Positions 52,932 to 60,164 of a stretch of 64,000 nucleotides of DNA are shown here, in pieces. Each line of letters starts with the position of its first letter. The first letter of the stretch is position 1. Where the stretch lies: NCBI GenBank assembly GCA_041741015.1, contig JBGSKX010000248.1:509-64508 (forward strand), read 5' to 3'. The translations under genes were made by a program, and so were the position numbers. The DNA comes from Pirellulales bacterium. Lineage in GTDB: Bacteria; Planctomycetota; Planctomycetia; Pirellulales; PALSA-1355. The notes under the pieces were generated by a model. It was not told the origin of the DNA, ran no database searches, and saw only the letters and a list, made by a program, of their open reading frames with translations.

Positions 52932-53179
52932 TCTTGCGTCCTTCGCGTTATCGGAGCGCGCCTGAGGGTGCTTGCGGCGCGATGCTTGGCGGGGGTTGCG
53001 TTCGAATGGCCGAAAACGCCCTTCGAAGCGGTGCTTTCGTTTCTATCGGAAGCGGCTGGCGCGGCCATCCACTGTTTATCTGCCGAGAAACGCGAGAGAA
53101 TCGCGACAGCAGCCCACCGCTAGCAGCAGCACGTAACCACCGTACGCCGTTAACCCTTTTCTTGCTGAGATTTCCGATC

Positions 53180-53294
53180 GGGTGCCACAGGTGGCCGTGA
53201 GCGCGGCTCACCTGTGCTCTGCTGGCAGTGGCAGCACGGGCTCTTCTAGGTCGTAACGCGCACAGGTGACTGCTGCGCAGCACCTGTGGCACCC
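53180..53294. repeat. Nested inverted-repeat element (115 nt) built on CACAGGTG/CACCTGTG cores
   Basis: The outer arms, GGGTGCCACAGGTG (53180-53193) and CACCTGTGGCACCC (53281-53294), are perfect 14-mers. The inner arms, TCACCTGTGC (53208-53217) and GCACAGGTGA (53260-53269), are perfect 10-mers. A further 7-bp helix (53201-07 / 53272-78, one G-U pair) lies between them. Confidence 0.8.
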
Positions 53295-53454
53295 AAGTCC
53301 GCCCAATGGTTAACGGCGTAGGGTGCCACCCGCGGCCTGCAGGTCGTGTTTCGCTAGGCGTGGCAACTCACCACCGCCGATAAGACTCTGTGGCACGTCC
53401 CGTTTTTTCTGACTGTTCTGCCTGCCTCGCGCCGTTTGCAGACCGGAGCCGCGC

Positions 53455-54444
53455 ATGACCCCACCGCTCGCGACCATCGCCGTTGTTCCACGCGAACGAT
53501 TCAGCATCGCGCCGCAATCGCTGCTCAGCATTCTCGACGCGAACGCGGACGCCGAACTCGTTTACGTCGACGCCGGCTCACCGCCGCTAGTGCGGCAGTT
53601 TCTCGAACAACGGGCAAGGCGGCACGATTTCCGACTGATCAGTACGGAGCGGTTCCTGAGTCCCAACGCCGCGCGCAACGTAGCGCTCAAGCAAGTCCGC
53701 ACGAAGTACGTGGCCCTGGTCGACAACGACGTGCTCGTTTCGCCAGGATGGCTGGAGCGGCTTGTCGAGTGTGCCGAGTCAACCGGTGCCTGGGTGGTCG
53801 GCCCTATCGTCTGCTCCGGTCAATCGCCCAGCGAGCGGATCAAGACCGCCGGCGGAAGCGCTGAGATCGTCGTGGAGAGCGGACGCCGCCTGCTGAGGGC
53901 CCGCTGCCGGCACCACGGCAAGTTGATTGACGACGTTTCCTCGTCACTGCGCCGGGAGCCCGTCGGGCAGGTGCCGTTTCACGCGGTGATCATCCGCATG
54001 GAAGCGTTCGAGCGTGTTGGCGCGTTCGACGAACAATTGCTCAGCACGGCACAGCACACCGACTTCTGTCTGCGGGTCCAAGCCGAGGGCGGCACAGTTT
54101 ATCTGGAGCCAACCAGCCACGTCACGCACGTGCCACCGCCGCCGTTCGAGGACGTGGATCTCGAGTACTTCCAGCTTCGCTGGAGCGATGCCTGGAATCG
54201 CAGCTCCATCGAGCACTTCCGTAGCAAGTGGAACCTGGCCGACGACGATCCAGCACTCGCGGCGATGGCCGAGCGGCTCGATGTTCACCGGCGATTAACG
54301 CTGGAGCCCTATCGCCGGATGCTGCGGCTGTTTGGCTCTGGCCCGGCACGGTGGGTCGAGAATCTGATCATCGCACCCTGGGAACAGGCGGCGAGCCGCC
54401 GGCGATATCCGCAGCGCAGCGCGCCCGATCGTCGGGCCGCCTAG
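53455..54444 (+). CDS. Family 2 glycosyltransferase
   Basis: N-terminal Rossmann-type GT2 pattern (IAVVPRERFS..., YVALVDNDVLVSPGWL containing a DxD-like DND). Confidence 0.75.
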   Translation: MTPPLATIAVVPRERFSIAPQSLLSILDANADAELVYVDAGSPPLVRQFLEQRARRHDFRLISTERFLSPNAARNVALKQVRTKYVALVDNDVLVSPGWLERLVECAESTGAWVVGPIVCSGQSPSERIKTAGGSAEIVVESGRRLLRARCRHHGKLIDDVSSSLRREPVGQVPFHAVIIRMEAFERVGAFDEQLLSTAQHTDFCLRVQAEGGTVYLEPTSHVTHVPPPPFEDVDLEYFQLRWSDAWNRSSIEHFRSKWNLADDDPALAAMAERLDVHRRLTLEPYRRMLRLFGSGPARWVENLIIAPWEQAASRRRYPQRSAPDRRAA

Positions 54445-54464
54445 ACAGCCGCCTGGTTACTCGG

Positions 54465-54824
54465 TTAGCCGGCAATGAGCCGGTGCCGCTCTCGGCCGCT
54501 CGGCGCTAAATCCGCCCCCGCTCCGCAGCCGCGCAGTGAGAGAAAAATCGGTAATGGTTCAGTCTGAAATCTGATTCTTGGGAAGCGCAGCGCAGGCCGT
54601 GCAGAACAGAAGCCCTTCCCCATCCTCCATCCGAGCGACTTCAGGTGTTGAGCGGCGCGGATGGCAAACAGCCGGAATCCCGGTTCGCCTTTGGGTGTGT
54701 TCTCCCAGGCCCATTCAAGATCGGGCAGAATCTCACAATCACAGCATGCGGTTTCGCATGTCGTTGACCAGACGTAGAGGTGGGTGTGGAGTGGATCGTC
54801 CGACAACTGCTCGTCGTCGCTCAT
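54465..54824 (-). CDS. Small Cys-rich hypothetical ORF (weak call)
   Basis: The first roughly 70 aa look protein-like (MSDDEQLSDDPLHTHLYVWSTTCETACCDCEILPDLEWAW...). The C-terminal third looks like read-through of non-coding sequence. It lies 164 nt downstream of the HEPN gene on the same strand. Confidence 0.3.
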   Translation of the reverse strand: MSDDEQLSDDPLHTHLYVWSTTCETACCDCEILPDLEWAWENTPKGEPGFRLFAIRAAQHLKSLGWRMGKGFCSARPALRFPRIRFQTEPLPIFLSLRGCGAGADLAPSGRERHRLIAG

Positions 54825-54988
54825 ATGGTCAAGCTTTTCTGGACCACCGGTCGTGAGAGTCGCGGCTGGGTAGCGCGTGGTTGGACTTCTGCCTTCTATT
54901 CTTCTGTCCGGGTGTACTGCTGGCGCGCAGGCGCAGTCGAGGGAATAGAAGGGGACGGGACGGACGGGAGTGCTTAATTCTTCCTTGA

Positions 54989-55927
54989 TTATATTTCCGC
55001 GAGTCGCGTGAAGAACAGAATGGTAGCCGAAGTGATTTGAACCATGTGTTCAAAGTGTTCCTTCGTTGCGGTAAATTCTGGCGTCGGTCCCTTGCCGTGA
55101 GCATCGCCTAGCTTGTTGCGAATCGTTCCAGCGTTCACGAAAAAAGGGGCGTAGAAGCCGGGGAACAATCCCTTGTCACGGCAAACGTCAACTAAATCCT
55201 TGCACGTTGCCTTGCCCTTGTCATATGGCCAGCCCTTAGACTCACAAATCGTCTTGATCACGGTTTCAAAGGCTGACCCGCAATCGGTAATCGCGTCGGC
55301 ATAGTTGCCCTCACGATATTCCTTGTGTGCCTTCAGCATTTCTTCGTTGGCGGTCTTAAATTTGGGGTCATTCAGCAGATTTAGGCAGGGCTGAATGATT
55401 TCGGCATGGGTGTATTCGTCATCCTTTTGGATTATCTGCGGGAACTGGTGTTCGATCCGTTCGCCGTAACCTTTGGGCCAGCGATGTCGGGGAACGCCAG
55501 CCGGCCCGTCCGGGCCTTTGACAGTCGTTTGGGCGTAGCGTGTCAATTCATAGCCCATTGCCTCTTGCTGGAAAATCTCATTGACCGTTTGCCGCCAGCC
55601 GTCGCCAAGGTTGTAGTGGGAGCACTCAAAAACAAACTCGACCCATTCCAGCGCCTTACGATCATCGCAAAGCCCGAAATGGTTGATGACGGGATTGTCA
55701 GAGATTCGCGCAGCTTCGTAGCCGGAACTAAACAGCCAACCATGCGCTAAGGTGATCTTTTCGCCGAGTTCGGACAACAGGGTCTCAAGATCAAGCAAGT
55801 CAACACCCTGGCCGCTTCGCTGTCGAAGGCTTTCAAAGACTCGCTTCCGAGCGCGTTCGGGGAAGTCATAGCGGTATTGCGCGGGCTGCGGAGTGTTCCG
55901 CCTGGAGAAGGGCACTCGAACTGCCAT
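54989..55927 (-). CDS. AbiJ-like abortive-infection-type protein with a C-terminal HEPN (Abi_C-type) domain
   Basis: The C-terminal motif TIRNKLGDAHGKG (Rx6H; codons at 55097-55120) fits the HEPN Rx4-6H signature. An upstream helix, YADAITDCGSAFETVIKTIC, and an N-terminal PFSRRN... segment resemble AbiJ-NTD architecture. GC content is clearly lower than in the flanking genes. Confidence 0.6.
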   Translation of the reverse strand: MAVRVPFSRRNTPQPAQYRYDFPERARKRVFESLRQRSGQGVDLLDLETLLSELGEKITLAHGWLFSSGYEAARISDNPVINHFGLCDDRKALEWVEFVFECSHYNLGDGWRQTVNEIFQQEAMGYELTRYAQTTVKGPDGPAGVPRHRWPKGYGERIEHQFPQIIQKDDEYTHAEIIQPCLNLLNDPKFKTANEEMLKAHKEYREGNYADAITDCGSAFETVIKTICESKGWPYDKGKATCKDLVDVCRDKGLFPGFYAPFFVNAGTIRNKLGDAHGKGPTPEFTATKEHFEHMVQITSATILFFTRLAEI

Positions 55928-56418
55928 GACACGCATCCTTTCGCGGGTTGAGGGAGGATGCATTTTACCGCCTTTGTGAACGTATGAACAGATACCCGAA
56001 GCCTCCTGCAGGTTCGCTGGTCCAGTCGAGTTGAATCGCTCGGATCAACTAAAAGGCAACGGGGATCTTTTTCAGTCGTCAGTGGCCCCTTGCTCCTGCG
56101 CCGCTAGTCGCGGGCGAGCCTCGCCTCCGCATCACCAGTCCACCACACGCCCCTCCCATCGCCATCACCACGGCCGCATTCGGCACCGGCACCGCCGCCA
56201 GCAGATACGCCCGACCGTGGCCGTCGAGCAACCCGTTGCCGACGATCAGTTCTTTGCCGACGATTCAGCCGGCGTCAGTAGGGAGTTCATTGCCCGAGTG
56301 CGGCAGCCCAGATCGACATTTCCCAAGAATTCGAGTTTTTTTGGTCCAGTCAGCGGTGGGAAGGTTTCATCAGTAGTAAGGAGCTATTCGCCCCCAATCC
56401 CGTGAGGAACCCTCGCCA

Positions 56419-57213
56419 ATGCGAAATACCGGCCGATTCGCCCTGTTTGTCCTGCTAACTGCGGCCTGCTGCGTCCCTGCTCGGGCAGAGATTGTCTCCT
56501 ACTCGCTGACGTTCTGCGAAAACCTTGACGTTCTTAAGGACCCGACGAACCAGACGCTGATGGAAAATGTGTCGAAGCAATCTCAGCACTCGCTGATGAT
56601 GCAGCGGACGACGCCCTATTTCGAACTCCGCAATATTTCAGAATCAGCCCTACTGACGCAGTTCAGCATGACGATTGGCAAGACTGCCAAGAACTTCGAT
56701 TGGACGCAGCTCATTGAAGCGTCGCCGGGCGTCTCTCACACCGTGGAAACGGTCGACGCGGTGATGGGGGGCATTAAGTCCGACGTCCTAACGATCAGTT
56801 TCACAAACTTCGCAGCAGGCGATTTCGTTCGCGTTCGCATGGGGCTGAGCGACGACGACCCGGGTGCTCCGTTTGTGCAGGATTACCGGGCGATCTTGTT
56901 CGACTTGTATGGCGTTGATGATGTCGATGGCGGTGACACGAGTAACAATGCGATAGTAACGGTTGGCTTTGCAAGCGGTGGCGTGCACGGCCAACTCGTC
57001 AGTCCGCTCCCAGATTTCAGCATGAATGGTCAGACGACCGCGACCAACATGTCCTTTCCGGGCGGCCCAGAGTTTGATCACGTCATCCCGTTCAACTTTG
57101 TGGATAGCGGCGACCTAGTTGAAATTCCCGAGCCTTCGACGGTCGCCCTGGCGATCTGTGGAACGGTCGGTCTGGCACTGTTCTGTCGACGACGCCAGGC
57201 GGCCGCGATCTGA
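56419..57213 (+). CDS. PEP-CTERM sorting-signal protein
   Basis: Signal peptide MRNTGRFALFVLLTAACCVPARA. The C-terminus is IPEPSTVALAICGTVGLALFCRRRQ (PEP motif, transmembrane helix, Arg cluster). Confidence 0.75.
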   Translation: MRNTGRFALFVLLTAACCVPARAEIVSYSLTFCENLDVLKDPTNQTLMENVSKQSQHSLMMQRTTPYFELRNISESALLTQFSMTIGKTAKNFDWTQLIEASPGVSHTVETVDAVMGGIKSDVLTISFTNFAAGDFVRVRMGLSDDDPGAPFVQDYRAILFDLYGVDDVDGGDTSNNAIVTVGFASGGVHGQLVSPLPDFSMNGQTTATNMSFPGGPEFDHVIPFNFVDSGDLVEIPEPSTVALAICGTVGLALFCRRRQAAAI

Positions 57214-57599
57214 TGCTGGGGCTACTTCACGCGAGGCAGTCTGATGCTGCTGATATGGACAACAGCGAATCGATGGAACGCTCGGCGATCCGCTGTTTGA
57301 TTTACCCAGGAAAGCGCAGCACTTGTGCGCGCGCGCTAAGGCTTGAGCCGTTCGGCACTCCAGTTACGGCATACGGCTTATGTCGACGCCTTTGCCGTTG
57401 GGTTAGCGTCGCAAACAGTCCGAGACGTTCCTGCTGACGACCGACGATCCGGCCTGCTATTTCTCCGCGGTCTTGCTTCGTGCCTCTATGCCTTCGTGCC
57501 GTTGTGGTGCCATTACTTACCGCCGCTCAACGAGAGCCGCCAGCAACCACAACGACATGACGACACCACGGATGCCCTTGGAATTCATCGTTCCCTGGC

Positions 57600-57915
57600 T
57601 TCCAACTCATCTGTGTTCATTCGTGTCCATCTGTGGTTCTGCCTTTGTCCTCCGCCTATTATCTTCCTCTGTGTTCTCTGTGCCCTCAGTGGTGAATCCT
57701 TCTTCGCCTTGAAACTCAACCAAGTGCGCACCGTCGGCGATGCCTCCGGGCTAAACGTTGATCCTCTGCTTCCAGCTGCTTTTCTCCTCTTGCCTCTGCG
57801 AACCCCTGCGTACTCTGCGGTGAATCTCTCCGCCTTCCTCGATTTCATCTTCATTCAGAAGACGGGGACAGTCCCATTTCTCTCCCAGGGCACCGAAAAA
57901 TCGGGACAGTCCCCT
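57600..57915 (+). repeat. Pyrimidine-rich (plus strand) non-coding repeat block ending in two GGGACAGTCCC palindromes
   Basis: Strong C/T bias on the plus strand. Internal near-repeats (catctgtgttcat / tccatctgtggttc; ctctgtgccctcagtggtgaatc / tactctgcggtgaatc). GGGACAGTCCC occurs at 57865-57875 and at 57903-57913. Confidence 0.7.
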
Positions 57916-58457
57916 GACTGCGGCATCTGAAAAATTCGCATTCCGAAATCCCCTTGCCCGCGCGTGTGGCTGGCTCGCTACGTAAGTCGTTGGCGCTCGC
58001 CGCGCTCGCGTGCGCACCGCGCACACCGCCCACGTGTCCACCACCTCTAGAAATGTGGCCAGGATTTCAGTTAGGGTAAGGTCACGACAACCGGTAGAGA
58101 CCGCATCATGCTGACGACGAAGACTCGCACTGCTGAGAACTTGGAGAACCCGCGAAGCCTGGCTTGCCGCAATCAGGCTCGCGAAGGCCGCGATCGGCGG
58201 GTGTGTGTGCGCCCGAAACATCATTTGCGCGCGCCAGTAATTCCACACACCCCAAAAATGCGACGCGGAAAAACAGCCGGGCAAATCGTCCTCAATCGCG
58301 AGTCCCGAGACGCGAGCTTCATAATGACGACGGCAAACTGCAAATTGCTGCCCGAGACGAATTGCTGGCAGAAACCGGGCCAAGATCGGCCACGCGGTGG
58401 CGAATTCCCGTTAAACGCCCCGCGCCACTTTTGCGCCCTTTCCGCGGAGATCGGACG

Positions 58458-60164
58458 ATGAACCGCTCGCTTTTCTGGCTCGCCATCCTGCTGCAGGCCA
58501 CTTGTGCCCTCGCTCAGTCGCCCACGGCCAAGCCGATCGGCCCGGCCGATACTCCGGCTCTCGCCCAGAAGGCCGAGCGTTATTACCTGGCTCGCGACTG
58601 GGACGCCGCGATCAAGCAATATCGTCAACTTGTCGAACTCAATCCCACCAGCGGCATGTACCAGTATCGCCTGGGCGACTCGCTGCTGAATGCCAAACAG
58701 TACGAACAGGCCATTGAGCCACTTCGCCAGGCGATCGAGCTGGGCGCGTTTCAGCATGGCCCGGTGAAATGGGTGCACCGCGGAGAAGCGGCCTACCTCC
58801 TGGCGGCCGCTTATGCGGGGCGGGGAGACAAGGAGAAGGCCATCGATGCGGCACGTACGTCGCTCAAGCAAGGCCTGAGGAACATTCGCAAGTTCCGTGA
58901 CTCGAAGTTTGAGTCGATTGCTGCTGATCCGGAGTTTCGCGAGCTTTCCTGGCTCGACATGGACGATGTCGCAGGGCTGTCACGCGACGATCGGTTTCGC
59001 CGCGACTTGAAGTTTGCCGTGCACGAACTCAAGCGACTGCACTATGCTCCGTTCCGCGCACATCCGGAGGCGGAGATCGATTCGCTCGTTGCGGCTCTGG
59101 TCGCGGAGATCCCCCAGCTCACGGACGATCAGATCTATGTCCGAATGCTTGCCATCATCAGCGCGTTTGGCGATGGTCACACGCGCTGGCTGCGCGAAAC
59201 GCCACAGTTGCCGCTTGCGCTGTTCGTGTATCCCGAAGGGTTGCACGTGCTCGGCGCAAGCAGCCAGCATTCCGATCTGGTCGGAGCGAAGATTCTAGAG
59301 ATCGGTGGGCGCCCAATCGAAGAAGTCCTGGCACAAGGAATTTCACTGGCACCTGTTGAGAACCGGATGACTGCCCGCTGGGAGGCCGCCGGCCTGCTGC
59401 GTTCGCTGACCGTCTTGCGAGGCTTGAGCCTGGCTCCGGCAGACGGCCCCGTGAAGCTCAAGATTGAGGATGCGAAGGGAAGCGTGCGTGAGGTTGAGCT
59501 CACGGCTCCCGAGAAGCGATTGAATCGTGAGGACTACGCGTTTTCGGTACCGGGGTGCACGACCGAATTGCCCCGCTGCATGCGCAACCGGCACGAAATC
59601 TTCTGGCACGAAATTCTGCCAGACGGCGAGACGATGTATTGCCAGCTCAACGGGATTGGCCACGGCAAGCAATTCTTCCACCGCTACTTCGAGAAGCTGT
59701 TTGCCGAAATCGAATCGGCCGGCGTCGAGCGACTGGTCCTCGACCTTCGCTGGAACGGCGGAGGCAATACGTTTCTCAATGCCCCGCTAATTGAGGGCAT
59801 TCTGCGCAGCGAGAAGTTTCGCAAGCCCGGCAATCTGTTTGTGATCGTCAGCCGCAACACGTTCTCGGCCGCAATCAACACCACGGTGGATCTCGAACGG
59901 CGCACGACGGCGATCCTGGTCGGAGAACCGCCGTCGTCGCCGCCGAACTTTGTCGGCGAAAGCGTCGAGGTCGTCCTCCCGGCGAGCCGTTGGCCACTGA
60001 GCATCTCAGACCTGTGGTGGCAGACGTCCTACCCGATGGACTATCGCCAGATGATCTCGCCGCAGATCTACGCACCGCCCACGGCGGCGGCGCTCAGAGC
60101 TCATCGCGATCCTGCCATGGAAGCGATCGAGGCCTATATCGCCGCCAATCCAGCCAAATCTTAG
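58458..60164 (+). CDS. Secreted TPR-repeat protein with an S41 (tail-specific/C-terminal processing) peptidase-like domain
   Basis: Signal peptide MNRSLFWLAILLQATCALA. TPR repeats. LVLDLRWNGGGN and VIVSRNTFSAAINT resemble the S41 Ser motif region. Confidence 0.7.
   Translation: MNRSLFWLAILLQATCALAQSPTAKPIGPADTPALAQKAERYYLARDWDAAIKQYRQLVELNPTSGMYQYRLGDSLLNAKQYEQAIEPLRQAIELGAFQHGPVKWVHRGEAAYLLAAAYAGRGDKEKAIDAARTSLKQGLRNIRKFRDSKFESIAADPEFRELSWLDMDDVAGLSRDDRFRRDLKFAVHELKRLHYAPFRAHPEAEIDSLVAALVAEIPQLTDDQIYVRMLAIISAFGDGHTRWLRETPQLPLALFVYPEGLHVLGASSQHSDLVGAKILEIGGRPIEEVLAQGISLAPVENRMTARWEAAGLLRSLTVLRGLSLAPADGPVKLKIEDAKGSVREVELTAPEKRLNREDYAFSVPGCTTELPRCMRNRHEIFWHEILPDGETMYCQLNGIGHGKQFFHRYFEKLFAEIESAGVERLVLDLRWNGGGNTFLNAPLIEGILRSEKFRKPGNLFVIVSRNTFSAAINTTVDLERRTTAILVGEPPSSPPNFVGESVEVVLPASRWPLSISDLWWQTSYPMDYRQMISPQIYAPPTAAALRAHRDPAMEAIEAYIAANPAKS

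Noticed and set aside
52985-53010. tRNA-like T-loop strings (GTTCGAAT at about 52999; also 39880 and 62012).
   Set aside because: The flanking bases do not form T-stems or acceptor stems, and no cloverleaf could be drawn.
53390-53412. TGGCAC at 53391 considered as a sigma-54 -24 element for the GT2 gene.
   Set aside because: The -12 position reads GTTT/TTTT instead of TTGC at the required spacing. The hexamer is better explained as one of the repeated GTGGCAC cores.
56031-56405. 124-aa ORF with a His/Arg-rich stretch (HRHHHGRIRHRHRRQQ).
   Set aside because: It has low-complexity composition and no start context. It overlaps the opposite-strand PEP-CTERM-like remnant, so it is probably non-coding.
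57517-57588. 23-codon minus-strand ORF MNSKGIRGVVMSLWLLAALVERR that looks like a truncated signal peptide.
   Set aside because: It is too short to support as a gene. It may be the stump of a decayed gene, but this cannot be shown from the sequence alone.
57343-58383. ORFs 57343-57930(+), 57473-57712(+), 57585-57854(-) and 57751-58383(-) in the 1.2-kb gap.
   Set aside because: Their translations are dominated by the pyrimidine-rich repeat units and the GGGACAGTCCC palindromes (IRVHLWF, LCVLCALSGE, NHRWTRMNTDE, EKWDCP). They overlap one another and have no motifs, so they were treated as artefacts of a repeat element.
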